Source of the DNA: Natronomonas marina
GTDB taxonomy: Archaea > Halobacteriota > Halobacteria > Halobacteriales > Haloarculaceae
Assembly: GCF_024298905.1 (NCBI RefSeq)
Contig: NZ_CP101154.1
Location: 3,124,932 to 3,188,931, forward strand
Reading direction: 5' to 3'
DNA length: 64,000 nucleotides
Positions 49,175 through 58,875 of the stretch are shown piece after piece. A program made the position numbers and the translations under genes. The notes under the pieces were generated by a model. It was given only the letters and a program-made list of their open reading frames with translations, ran no database searches and had not been told where the DNA came from. How positions within the stretch are numbered: position 1 is the stretch's first letter; the number at the start of each line of letters is the position of its first letter.

Positions 49175-50329
49175 TCAGGCGTCCTCCCGGAACGGATCGG
49201 GCTCGGCGGCGCCGACCGCGGACGACCGCTCCAGTGCCTGCCGGTAGACCGCGACTAGCCGCTCTGCCGTCTCCGGCCAGTCGTTTGCGACCGCGTGCCG
49301 GTAGTTCGCCCGGCCGACGCCCTCCAGGTCGGGGTGTTCGTGTGCGCGCCGGAGCGCCCGCCGGAGTCCGTCCGGCGCGCCGGGATCGTACAGGAGGTCG
49401 TCGTTGGCCGCCGACAGCGCCGCCGGCAGACAGCCCATCGCCGGCGCCACGACCGGCAGGCCGAACGTACAGCCCAGATGGGCCGACCCCGAGTTGAGAA
49501 CGTCCCGGTACGGCAACACCAGGACATCGGCCGCGTTCAGGTAGTACTGGATCCGCTCGTCGGGGACGAACTCGAGGACCGTCCGGACGTTCCCCGTCCC
49601 CGCGGCCAGGGCGTCTATCTCCCCGCCCAGGGCGTCGCTCTTGGGGCTGCCGACCACCCACAGTTCGGCGTCCGGCACGTCGAGTTCCCCGAACGCCGCG
49701 AGGAGTTCGGGGATGCCCTTGTACTCCCGGACGAGACCGAAGAAGAGGTAGACGAACGCCCCCTCGGAAATCGACAGTTCCTCGCGGGCCGTCGCCGGCG
49801 AGACGTCGTTCTCGTAGGCCGACACGTAGCTGCCGTCGGGGACGACGTGAAGTTCCGCCGCCGAGGGGACCGTGTAGGCGGCCGCGATCCGTTCGGCGGC
49901 GGCACGGCACTTCACCGTCACCGCGTCGGCGACCGCGAACACCGTCTCGTTGACGACCCGCTCTGTCCGGGGGTACTTCCCCTCGTGGTGTCGCTCGTTG
50001 TGGACCGTCCGGACGACCGCGACCGACAGCAGCGAGACGGCGAGCAGGTCGACGAGAAGCGTCGCCGCGCGAACCCACGTCGCGGCCCTGTCGAGGGCGT
50101 CGCTCCCGGTGTCGCTGACGTTGTAGTAGTCGTACACCCAGTCGATACAGAGGACGTCCGCCTCCGGGTACCGGAGCGCGTTCCGCGTCAGCGGGAAGAA
50201 AAGCGGCAGCGACGGCGAAAGCACCGTCACGCCGCGGGACTCCAGGGCCCCCGCCACGAGCGACATGTAGGGGTTCTCCGGGTACCGGTCGGCGTCGACG
50301 AGGACCGCGGTGAGGTCCTCGTCGGTCAT
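49175..50329 (-). CDS. GT4-family glycosyltransferase
   Basis: Start inferred at MTDEDLTAV (ATG at 50329). The C-terminal GT-B domain has …EGAFVYLFFGLVREYKGIPELL…VVGSPKSD…VLVLPYR…SGSAHLGCTFGLPVVAPAMGCLP…. Confidence 0.85.
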   Translation of the reverse strand: MTDEDLTAVLVDADRYPENPYMSLVAGALESRGVTVLSPSLPLFFPLTRNALRYPEADVLCIDWVYDYYNVSDTGSDALDRAATWVRAATLLVDLLAVSLLSVAVVRTVHNERHHEGKYPRTERVVNETVFAVADAVTVKCRAAAERIAAAYTVPSAAELHVVPDGSYVSAYENDVSPATAREELSISEGAFVYLFFGLVREYKGIPELLAAFGELDVPDAELWVVGSPKSDALGGEIDALAAGTGNVRTVLEFVPDERIQYYLNAADVLVLPYRDVLNSGSAHLGCTFGLPVVAPAMGCLPAALSAANDDLLYDPGAPDGLRRALRRAHEHPDLEGVGRANYRHAVANDWPETAERLVAVYRQALERSSAVGAAEPDPFREDA

Positions 50330-50646
50330 CCGGACCGACGGGGGTCGGGCCGCCCCTCGCGGCTGTCGGTGGTCACGGCGGCCGCTCCCGGACGGCACGG
50401 CCGTCGGCAGGTCCTGACTGACATGGGCGGCACCGACGGCGCCTCCGGGGTTAAGTATGGACGGGCTACCGGTTCGGAGGGCGGTACGAACCGCGCGACG
50501 GCACCGACGGCGACGGGTGCGGCTACCACGGTTCGCCCCGCCGCGGTAATCGGGGTATAACAAACCTCCGTCTCGCCGGGTGTTCGGTCGATGAGACACG
50601 GAGTCGTCGGCACGCGCCGCCCGCCTCGTCGGGCGGAGGGTCCGGC

Positions 50647-52149
50647 ATGAAGGATCGCATCCGGGAGTTGCTGGAGCGACTGGTTCCCACGGGGTCGGTC
50701 CTCCAGCGGTCGGTCAAGAGCGGCGTCTGGGTGTCGGCGACCAAGATGTCACTGCGGCTCTCGCAGGTACTGATGCTGATCGTGCTGGCGAGGCTGCTGT
50801 CGCCGCGGGACTTCGGGCTGATGGGCGTGGCGCTTCTGACGCTCGCGGCCACGCGCCGCTTTACGAACATCGGCCTCAACGCCGCCCTCGTCCAGCAGAA
50901 AGAGGAGAACGTCGACGAGTACCTCAACACCACCTGGTGTCTGGAAATCGGGCGCGGCCTGCTGGTCTTCGCCGTCGTCTTTCTGGCGGCGCCGTACGTC
51001 GGTACGTTCTTCGGCGAACCCCGGGCGACGCCGCTGATCCGGGTGCTCGGACTCTCGCCGGTGTTCTACGGTCTCCGGAACCCCGGCGTCGTCTACTTCC
51101 AGAAGGACCTCTCCTTTCACCGGGACTTCGTCTACCAGTCCAGCGGCGCCGTGATGCAATTCGCCGTCGGCGTCGGCTACGCGCTGTACTCCCCGACCGT
51201 GTGGGCGCTGGTGTTCGCGTCCGTCAGCCGTCCCGCGACCAAGTTCCTCCTGTCGTACGTCCTCCACGACTACCGGCCGTGGCCGTCGTTCGACCTGGAA
51301 ATGGCGCGGGAACTCATCCAGTACGGCAAGTGGATAACCGGCTCGTCCATCATCGGGTACGTCTACAGCCAGGGTGACGACGCCTTCGTCGGGTGGTTCC
51401 TCTCGGCGACCGCCCTCGGCTTCTACCAGTACGCCTACCGCATCGCGGACATGCCGGCCAGGGAGTTCTCCAGCGTCATTTCGAAGGTCACCTTCCCCGC
51501 GTACTCCCAGCTCCAGGACGACATCGACGAGCTACGCGGCGCGCTCGTCCAGTCGACGCGGTTGACCGCCTTCGTCGCGTTCCCGATGGCGTTCGGCATC
51601 GCCTTGGTCGCACCGAGTTTCGTCCCGGCGGTGCTGGGCAGCGAGTGGACGCCGATGATCACGACGATGCAACTGCTGGCGCTCTACGGACTCCTGCACG
51701 CCATCACCCGGAACTTCGGCGCGCTCTGGAAGGCGCAGGGTCGCCCCGACCTCATCGCCAAGCTCGGCACCCTGCGGGTCTGCTGTCTCGCCGTCCTCAT
51801 CTGGCCGCTGACCGCCCGGTTCGGCATCGAGGGCACCGCCCTCACCGTCGTCGGCGTCTACGTCTTCCCGATGCTCCCCATCGACGTCTACCTCGCCGCC
51901 CGGATGGTCGAGGGCCGTTCGGCGATGCTGTACCGGGAGTACGTCTACCCCTTCGTCGCCGCCACGATCATGTTCGGGAGCCTCTACTACGCGCGCGGCG
52001 TCCTCGAGGTGTCGCCCCTCGTCGAACTCCTCGTCCTCGTCCCGTCCGGCGCCGTCGTCTACTTCGTCGTCGCCGCCCTGCTGGAGCGCCGCTTCGACTG
52101 GGGCATCGAGCGGAACCTCCGGATGATAACCGACGGCGTGCGCGGATGA
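50647..52149 (+). CDS. Wzx-type oligosaccharide flippase (MOP superfamily polysaccharide biosynthesis protein)
   Basis: 500 aa with about 12-14 TM helices. The N-terminus, …SVKSGVWVSATKMSLRLSQVLMLIVLARLLSPRDFGLMGVA…, is the canonical Wzx start. Confidence 0.85.
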   Translation: MKDRIRELLERLVPTGSVLQRSVKSGVWVSATKMSLRLSQVLMLIVLARLLSPRDFGLMGVALLTLAATRRFTNIGLNAALVQQKEENVDEYLNTTWCLEIGRGLLVFAVVFLAAPYVGTFFGEPRATPLIRVLGLSPVFYGLRNPGVVYFQKDLSFHRDFVYQSSGAVMQFAVGVGYALYSPTVWALVFASVSRPATKFLLSYVLHDYRPWPSFDLEMARELIQYGKWITGSSIIGYVYSQGDDAFVGWFLSATALGFYQYAYRIADMPAREFSSVISKVTFPAYSQLQDDIDELRGALVQSTRLTAFVAFPMAFGIALVAPSFVPAVLGSEWTPMITTMQLLALYGLLHAITRNFGALWKAQGRPDLIAKLGTLRVCCLAVLIWPLTARFGIEGTALTVVGVYVFPMLPIDVYLAARMVEGRSAMLYREYVYPFVAATIMFGSLYYARGVLEVSPLVELLVLVPSGAVVYFVVAALLERRFDWGIERNLRMITDGVRG

Positions 52150-52230
52150 GGACGGCACCGTCTCCCTCTCGCCCGGCGGCGTTACCGACTCCATACTAAC
52201 CCGGAACCGTCTCCTTCGTCCGACACCGAC

Positions 52231-53412
52231 ATGAACTTCGAACACCGGGTCATCGACGACTCGCCACCCTGCGGACGGCTCTTTGGGTGCCACGCGACCG
52301 ACCTCACCGGGAACGGCCGCCCCGACGTCGTCGTCGGCGGGACGGGCGCCGAGAAGCTCCCGATACTGGGACGCAGCGGCGCGCCGCTGGTCGGCCGGCT
52401 GTTCCGCCGCCTCGAAAAGGACCTCTTCTGGTACGAGAACCCCGGCTGGGAGCGGCACGTCATCTCCCCGCGGTCGGACCTGCGGGCCCTCGGGACGACG
52501 ATGGGCGACGTCACGGGGAACGGCCGGCTCGACCTCTTCGTCGGCCAGGGCCTCGGCGGCCGCGACCTCTACTGGTTCGAACAGCCTCCCGACCCCCGCG
52601 AGCCCTGGACCGAACACCACCTCGGCTCCCCGTTCGAGAAGTACCACGACCTCGCGTTCGGCGACGTGGACGGCGACGGCGAACCGGAACTGGTCGGCGC
52701 CTCACAGCGGAGCGAGACCGTCTTCTACTACGACGTCCCGGACGACCCGACCCGGTCGCCGTGGCCCGCCGACTGCCGGCACGTCCTCGCCCGCGACACG
52801 CACGCCGAGGGACTGGCCATCGCCGACCTCGACGGCGACGGCCGCGAGGAACTCCTCGCAGGCACCGACGTCTACCGGCGGGCCGCGGCCGTCGAGCAGC
52901 CACGATCCGGCGCCGCCGTCGAGACCGACGGCGGGGTGACCGCCGACGGCTGGGAGCGCGAGTCCATCGTCGACGGCTGGAAGTGGACCCGCGTCGCCGT
53001 CGCCGACCTCGACGGCGACGGCGACCCGGAGGTGGTGCTCTCGGAAGGCGACTCGCCGCTGCTCGGCGGCGACGCCGGCCGCGTCGCCTGGTTCGACCCG
53101 CCCGAGTGGACGCCGCACCGCCTCGCCGAGGACCTCTACTGTCCCCACACCCTCCAGGTCGCCGACTTCGACGGCGACGGCAGCCCCGACGTCTACGTCG
53201 CCGAGATGGGCCACGGCCGCGAGGACGGCCAGGCCCGGCACCTGCTGTTCCGCAACCGCGGCGACGGCCGCTTCGAGGAGACGGTCGTCGAACGCGGCGT
53301 CCCGACCCACGAGGCGAAGGCCGTCGACGTCGACGGCGACGGACGGATCGACCTCGTCGGCAAGTCCTACGGCGCCGACGCCCACGTCGACGTCTGGTAC
53401 AACCGCCCGTGA
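52231..53412 (+). CDS. FG-GAP/VCBS-repeat beta-propeller protein
   Basis: 393 aa with repeated …GDVTGNGRLDLFVG…, …GDVDGDGEPELVG…, …ADLDGDGREELLAG…, …ADLDGDGDPEVVL…, …ADFDGDGSPDVYV…, …VDVDGDGRIDLVG… (FG-GAP calcium-binding repeats). Confidence 0.85.
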   Translation: MNFEHRVIDDSPPCGRLFGCHATDLTGNGRPDVVVGGTGAEKLPILGRSGAPLVGRLFRRLEKDLFWYENPGWERHVISPRSDLRALGTTMGDVTGNGRLDLFVGQGLGGRDLYWFEQPPDPREPWTEHHLGSPFEKYHDLAFGDVDGDGEPELVGASQRSETVFYYDVPDDPTRSPWPADCRHVLARDTHAEGLAIADLDGDGREELLAGTDVYRRAAAVEQPRSGAAVETDGGVTADGWERESIVDGWKWTRVAVADLDGDGDPEVVLSEGDSPLLGGDAGRVAWFDPPEWTPHRLAEDLYCPHTLQVADFDGDGSPDVYVAEMGHGREDGQARHLLFRNRGDGRFEETVVERGVPTHEAKAVDVDGDGRIDLVGKSYGADAHVDVWYNRP

Positions 53413-53423
53413 CGACCGCCCTC

Positions 53424-54455
53424 ATGGAGAAACCGATGCCCGACACCGCCACCGACCGACCGCACCGCTCGACGGCCGACCGTGCCGACGCTGCCGACCG
53501 CGACGGGGACGCGCCGCTGGTCAGCGTCGTCCTGCCGACCTACGACCGACCGTCTTACCTCCGGAAGGCGGTCGAGAGCGTGCTCGCACAGACCTACGAG
53601 CCGATCGAACTCGTCGTCGTCGACGACCACTCCGAGCGGCCGGCCGCCGAGACCCTCTCGGGGATGGACCTCGGTGACCTCGCGGCGGTCCGGTGTCGTC
53701 GCCACGAGGAGAACCGCGGCGTCAACGCCGCCCGGAACACCGGCATCGAGGCCGCCAGCGGCGAGTACGTCGCCTTCCTCGACGACGACGACCGATGGGT
53801 CCCCGAGAAGACCGAACGCCAGGTCGCCGCATTCGAGACTGCCGGCGACGACGTCGGCGTCGTCTACACCGGCAAGCGAACCGTCGAACCGGAAGGCACC
53901 GGCGAGCGAATCCCGCCCGCCGTCGAGGGCGACATGACGAAGGCGCTGCTCTGCCGGAACGTCGTCGGAACCATGTCGGTCGTGATGGTCCGGGCCGACC
54001 TCGCCAGGGCGGTCCCGCTCGACGAGTCGTTCCCGGCGTGGGCAGACCTGGCGTGGTACGTCAGCCTCTCTCGGCGGGCCGGCTTCAAACGGCTGCCCGA
54101 ACCGCTGGCCGTCTACGAGTTTACCTCTCACGGCCGGCTGAGCGATGACCTCGAGAAGAAGCGCCGGGGCTACGAGCGGTTCCTCGAGCGGTTCGGCCCG
54201 CTGGCCGCCGAGTACGGCCGGCGCTTCCACCGGAAGATGCGCGGCTGGGCGGCCTACCGGGTCGGACGGACGGCGCTCGTGACCGGCGACTACGCGGAGG
54301 CGCGCCGGTTCCTCGCGGCCGCCGTCGCCGCCTACCCCGTCGAACCGAAGTTCGGGCTGTACCTGCTGGCCGCCGCCGGCGGCCGCCCCACCCACGGTCT
54401 CGCCCGGCGGGCCAGGGAACTCGGGCGCGTCTTCGCCGGCGTCACCTCCCGTTAG
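53424..54455 (+). CDS. Family 2 glycosyltransferase
   Basis: …LVSVVLPTYDRPSYLRKAVESVLAQTY…VVDDHS…VAFLDDDD…, GT-A with a DxD motif. The start is ambiguous: ATG at 53424 or 53437, or GTG at 53410. Confidence 0.85.
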   Translation: MEKPMPDTATDRPHRSTADRADAADRDGDAPLVSVVLPTYDRPSYLRKAVESVLAQTYEPIELVVVDDHSERPAAETLSGMDLGDLAAVRCRRHEENRGVNAARNTGIEAASGEYVAFLDDDDRWVPEKTERQVAAFETAGDDVGVVYTGKRTVEPEGTGERIPPAVEGDMTKALLCRNVVGTMSVVMVRADLARAVPLDESFPAWADLAWYVSLSRRAGFKRLPEPLAVYEFTSHGRLSDDLEKKRRGYERFLERFGPLAAEYGRRFHRKMRGWAAYRVGRTALVTGDYAEARRFLAAAVAAYPVEPKFGLYLLAAAGGRPTHGLARRARELGRVFAGVTSR

Positions 54456-54496
54456 CGACTCCATAGGTAAGTGCCGAACCGGGCAACACGAGTCCG

Positions 54497-55795
54497 ATGA
54501 CCGAGGACGCCCGAGTGGTATTCGTCACCCAGATGTTCCCGCCCGAGACCGGCGGCAACGCCTCCCGAATCCACGACACGGCGACGAACCTCGGCGACGA
54601 GTGGGACGTGACCGTGCTCGCGCCGCCGCCGACGCTGCCGCCCGGCGAGTTCGACCGAAGCCGACGCCGGGCCCGGACCGAGCACGTCGACGGCGTCACC
54701 GTCCACCGGCTGTGGACCTGGCAACCGACCGACGAGGACCCGGGCATGGCACGCCGGCTCCCCTACTACCTCCTGTTCGGTCTCCACGCCATCCTGTGGC
54801 TGCTGTGGCACCGCCGCCGCTACGACGCCGTCGTCACGTCGACGCCGCCGATATCGACCGGGGCGGCCGGCCTCGTGGCCGCCGCGCTCGGGACCCCCTG
54901 GGTGGTCGACGTCCGGGATCTCTGGATAGACGCCTCGATCTCGCTCGGCTACCTCGAGGCCGGCAGCCCGATAGAGCGGGTCAGCCGCCGGTTCCAGCGG
55001 TTCGTCCTGGCGACCGCCGACCGCATCACCGTCACGACCGGGACGCTCGGCGAGGCCGTCGCCGCCGAGTACGGCGCCGACCTCGCCGCGAAGACGGTCC
55101 CGCTCCCGAACGGCGTCGACACCGACCGCTTCCGGCCCCGGACGGGAACCGACCCCTACACGGCCGGCGACGAGGCCGCGAGCGCGGGCGCCGCCACCGA
55201 CGGCAGCGGCCGGACCATCGTCTACACCGGCAACCTCGGGAGCGCCCAGGACCTCGAGACCTGCGTTCGCGCGATGGCACACCTCGATTCGGACGCCGTC
55301 CTTCGGTTGGTGGGCGGCGGCGACGTGGCCTCGGCGCTGCGCCGGCTTGCCGCCGACATCGGCGTCGCCGACCGCGTCCGGTTCGACGATCCCGTCCCCC
55401 GCGACGAGGTGCCCGGTATCCTCAGCGACGCGACGGTCGGCGTCGCGCCGCTCGACGATTCGGCGGCCCTCTCGTACGCGATGCCGACCAAGAGCTACGA
55501 GTACCTCGCCTGTGGCCTCCCGACGGTGGTGACCGGCCGGGGCGAAATCGAGCGATTCGCCGACCGGTCGGGCGGCGCCGTCCACGTCGACAACGACCCG
55601 GCGGCAGTCGCCGCCGTCTTCGACAACCTGCTTTCGGACCGCCGGCGCCGCGAGCGGATGGCCCGCCGGGGCCGCGCGTACGTCGTCGAACACCACGACC
55701 GCCGGGCGCTCGCCGAGCGACTGGGCGAGGAACTCTCGGCGCTCGTCGACGGCGCGCCGGCCGCCGACCGCGACGCGGACGGGGCGGTACCGTGA
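54497..55795 (+). CDS. GT4-family glycosyltransferase (WbuB/WcaI-like)
   Basis: MTEDARVVFVTQMFPPETGGNASRIHDTATNL… with a C-terminal GT-B domain, …VYTGNLGSAQDL…EYLACGLPTVVT… 432 aa. Confidence 0.88.
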   Translation: MTEDARVVFVTQMFPPETGGNASRIHDTATNLGDEWDVTVLAPPPTLPPGEFDRSRRRARTEHVDGVTVHRLWTWQPTDEDPGMARRLPYYLLFGLHAILWLLWHRRRYDAVVTSTPPISTGAAGLVAAALGTPWVVDVRDLWIDASISLGYLEAGSPIERVSRRFQRFVLATADRITVTTGTLGEAVAAEYGADLAAKTVPLPNGVDTDRFRPRTGTDPYTAGDEAASAGAATDGSGRTIVYTGNLGSAQDLETCVRAMAHLDSDAVLRLVGGGDVASALRRLAADIGVADRVRFDDPVPRDEVPGILSDATVGVAPLDDSAALSYAMPTKSYEYLACGLPTVVTGRGEIERFADRSGGAVHVDNDPAAVAAVFDNLLSDRRRRERMARRGRAYVVEHHDRRALAERLGEELSALVDGAPAADRDADGAVP

Positions 55796-57699
55796 GGTCG
55801 CTGCTCCGTACGGAGCCGGCCAGGACGCTGTACCTCGGGGGTCACACCCTGGCCCGGATGCGCCCGCGGCAGGTCGCGGGCATCCTCGAGCGGCACGCCA
55901 GGGAACGCCTCGTGCCCGCGCTGCCGGTCGACTTCGACCGCCGCTACGAGCGGCGCGTCCCCGCCGATCCCCCGGCCCGGACCGACGCCGTGGCCGACAA
56001 CACCGCGACAATCCGGCGATGTCTCGACGGCGCGGACCGCCGCCACCGCCGGGACCGTGCCCGCGCGGCGGCCGACGGGGAACCGCAGTTCCTGAACCGG
56101 TCCGTCCGAATCGCCGACGGCGGGTCGGTCGACTGGGCAGGCGACCGCCTCGAGGATCTCCCGCTGCAGTGGCGGCTGAAGCTCTACGGCTTCGAACCGC
56201 TCTCGGACGCGCTGTACGGGTTCGATCCCGACCGGCTCCCCGGATCGGTCCGGGAGCGATTCGACGGGTGGATACGGGGATGGGCGGACGAGGTGGCGGT
56301 CGGCGGCCGGCGGTACCTCAGACGGCGGTGGACGCCGTGGGCGGTGTCGCTGCGAATCCAGCGCTGGCTCCGATATCTCGCCTTCCACGAGCGACACGCC
56401 CCGGACGCCGACTTCGAGCGCACGCTGCGGCGAGAGACCTACAAGAACGCCTGCTTCCTCCGGAACCACGTCGAGTTCGACGTCGACGGGAACCACCTCG
56501 TCGAGAACGGGGTCGCGCTGCTGGCGGCCGGCCTGGTGTTCGACGAGTCCGACTGGACGGACGCGGGGACGTCGGTGCTGGAGACCGCCGCCCGCGAGCA
56601 GTTCCTCACGGACGGCTGTCACTACGAGCGGAGCCCCATGTACCACGTCGTCGTCCTCACGCGGCTGCTGACGGCCCGCGACCTGCTGGCACGGACGGAC
56701 CACACCGTGCCCGACGCTCTCAACGACGCAGCGGCCGAGGCGACGGCGTTCCTCCGGTACCTCCGGCCACCGGACGGCGAACTCCCGCTTTTGAACGATT
56801 CCGTCCACGGGGAGTCGCTCTCGCTCGAGGCCTGTCGCCGGTACGCGACCGCCGTCGGCGTCGACGCTCACCGACCCGACACCGACAGCGGCCTGCTCTC
56901 GATGGAGGTCGACGCCGGGACGTCGGGCTACCGGTGGCTGCGGACCGACGCCGGCGCGATGCTCGTCGACGGCGGGCCGGTCGGCCCGTCACACCTCCCC
57001 GGTCACTCCCACAGCGACACGCTCTCCGTCCTGCTGTGGGTCGACGGCCGGCAGGTGATCACCGACACTGGCACCTTCGACTACACCGGCGGTCCCCGAC
57101 GGAACTACGCCCGAGGCGTCCGCGCCCACAACACCGTTCAGGTCGGGGACGTAGAGCCGATTCCGCTCGGCGGACAGTACCTGCTCGGCCCGCGACCCGC
57201 CCCCGAGACACGGTTCGAACCCGGCGACGTGTCGCTGTTCGAGGGCCGCTACGAGGCGCGACCGCTGGCGGAGGCGCCCTACACCCACCACCGCGCCGTC
57301 TACGCCGCCGACGACTGGTGGCTCCTCGACGACGCGGTGGCCGGCGACGTCGACGGCCGGGTCCGGAGCCGGCTCCACCTCCATCCCGACGTCGAACCGG
57401 TCGCCGACGGCGAGGGGCTCCGGCTGGAAACCGGCGACCGGCCGGTCCGCGTCCGGCCGCTCGGCGGGGCGACGCTGCGGATAACCGACGGCCGGTACTA
57501 CCCCCGGTTCGGCGAGGCAATCGACCGCGCCGTCGTGGAGACACGGTCGGACGGCTCCGGTTCCGGGAGGGTTCGACTGGCGCTCGCCGTCGACGCCGGC
57601 GAGGAGACGGCGCTCGCGGGGGGCGCCGACGGCCGACAGCGCTTCCGGATCGACGGCCGGACCTACGAGCTTCCGGGCCGTCGGCTCGCACCCCGGTGA
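55792..57699 (+). CDS. Heparinase II/III-like domain protein (polysaccharide lyase/epimerase-like)
   Basis: The C-terminal region, …GPSHLPGHSHSDTLSVLLWVDGRQVITDTGTFDYTGG…RNYARGVRAHNTVQV…, matches the heparinase II/III-like beta-sandwich. The N-terminal alpha-toroid region has …WRLKLYGFEPL…NHLVENGVALLAAG… The start is uncertain: GTG at 55792 overlapping the upstream stop, or ATG near 55858. Confidence 0.75.
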   Translation: MRSLLRTEPARTLYLGGHTLARMRPRQVAGILERHARERLVPALPVDFDRRYERRVPADPPARTDAVADNTATIRRCLDGADRRHRRDRARAAADGEPQFLNRSVRIADGGSVDWAGDRLEDLPLQWRLKLYGFEPLSDALYGFDPDRLPGSVRERFDGWIRGWADEVAVGGRRYLRRRWTPWAVSLRIQRWLRYLAFHERHAPDADFERTLRRETYKNACFLRNHVEFDVDGNHLVENGVALLAAGLVFDESDWTDAGTSVLETAAREQFLTDGCHYERSPMYHVVVLTRLLTARDLLARTDHTVPDALNDAAAEATAFLRYLRPPDGELPLLNDSVHGESLSLEACRRYATAVGVDAHRPDTDSGLLSMEVDAGTSGYRWLRTDAGAMLVDGGPVGPSHLPGHSHSDTLSVLLWVDGRQVITDTGTFDYTGGPRRNYARGVRAHNTVQVGDVEPIPLGGQYLLGPRPAPETRFEPGDVSLFEGRYEARPLAEAPYTHHRAVYAADDWWLLDDAVAGDVDGRVRSRLHLHPDVEPVADGEGLRLETGDRPVRVRPLGGATLRITDGRYYPRFGEAIDRAVVETRSDGSGSGRVRLALAVDAGEETALAGGADGRQRFRIDGRTYELPGRRLAPR

Positions 57700-57779
57700 G
57701 GCGGCCCCGAGCGACGAGACCCGCCTCGAGGCGGGTTAGCGACGGCCTACCTTTGGGGGCGCGGTTCCGTACGGAGGAT

Positions 57780-58763
57780 ATGTCCGGAACGCGTTCCTGG
57801 AGCAGTGTCGCGGACTCGCTGGACCTGCTGGGGGTCGCACTGCTGGCCGTCGCGGGGACGTTCCCCCTGCTGGTCGAGGGGACGCTCCCGACGCCGGTAC
57901 GCGTCGGCATCGGGATCGGGCTAATACTGTTCGCGCCGGGGTACGCGCTCGTGTCGCTTTTGATACCCCGGGAGACGGTCGTCGGCGTCGACGGCGACGA
58001 GCGCCGGGTTCCGATGGGCGAACGACTCCTCCTGGCGGTCGGGTTCAGCATCGTCACCGTCCCGCTGGTCGGCATCCTCCTGAACTACACCCAGTGGGGA
58101 CCCGACCCCGAGAGCACCGTCGCCGCCGTCGGTATCGTGACCTTCCTGCTCGCGGAACTCGCCATCTGGCGGCGGCTCGCAGCCGACGCCCCCCGTCGGT
58201 TCCGGCCGGGCATCGCCGGGCTGCCGAAGCGGGTCGGGAGCCGTCTCGCCGCCGACACGAACCGGGAGACGGTCGTCAACGTCGTGCTGGTCGCCGGGCT
58301 GGCCGTCGCCGTCGCCGGCGTCGGCCTCGCGGTGGCGACGACGGACAACGGCGAGCGCTACACCGAGTTCTACCTCCTCGCCGAGAACGACTCCGGCGAG
58401 TTGGTCGCCGACGGCTACCCGACCGAGCTCTCGGTCGGGAAGCCGACCGAGCTCCACGTCGGGGTCGCCAACCGGGAGGCCGAACCCGTCACCTACACCG
58501 TCGTGGTGCAGCTACAGCGGGTCGAGCGGACCGAGGCGGGCCGGACGGTCACCGAGCGGTTCGGCGTCGACAGCTTCCGCGTCCGCGCCGGGGCCGGCGA
58601 GACGGTCCAGCGCCGCCACGCCGTCGAACCGACCGTCGCGGGCGAGGGCTTCCGACTGACCTACCTGCTGTACGCCGGTGCGGCGCCGTCGGACCCCTCG
58701 ACGTCGAACGCCTACCGCTCGGTTCACCTGTGGGTCGACGTGACGCCGGCGGGCGGCGGATAA
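57780..58763 (+). CDS. DUF1616-family membrane protein (archaeal glycosylation-cluster associated)
   Basis: Start inferred at MSGTRSWSSVADSLDLLGVALLAVAGTFPLL… There are four N-terminal TM helices and then a soluble Ig-like domain (…TEFYLLAENDSGELVADGYPTEL…TYTVVVQLQR…). Confidence 0.75.
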   Translation: MSGTRSWSSVADSLDLLGVALLAVAGTFPLLVEGTLPTPVRVGIGIGLILFAPGYALVSLLIPRETVVGVDGDERRVPMGERLLLAVGFSIVTVPLVGILLNYTQWGPDPESTVAAVGIVTFLLAELAIWRRLAADAPRRFRPGIAGLPKRVGSRLAADTNRETVVNVVLVAGLAVAVAGVGLAVATTDNGERYTEFYLLAENDSGELVADGYPTELSVGKPTELHVGVANREAEPVTYTVVVQLQRVERTEAGRTVTERFGVDSFRVRAGAGETVQRRHAVEPTVAGEGFRLTYLLYAGAAPSDPSTSNAYRSVHLWVDVTPAGGG

Positions 58764-58875
58764 TCGAAGCACTGGCGCGAACGACGAATCTCGCCCCGCG
58801 AAGAGTAGCGTCCGACTGGCCAACTGAAGTGATCTTACCGAGGACTGTTATATCAGCGGACGTGTACGCGAAGAT

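Noticed and set aside
54601-58763. Very long ORFs (1032 aa and 914 aa) covering GT4/heparinase and heparinase/DUF1616
   Set aside because: Only the downstream portions in these frames are real (heparinase II/III from about 55792, DUF1616 from 57780). The upstream parts are out-of-frame read-through of neighbouring genes.
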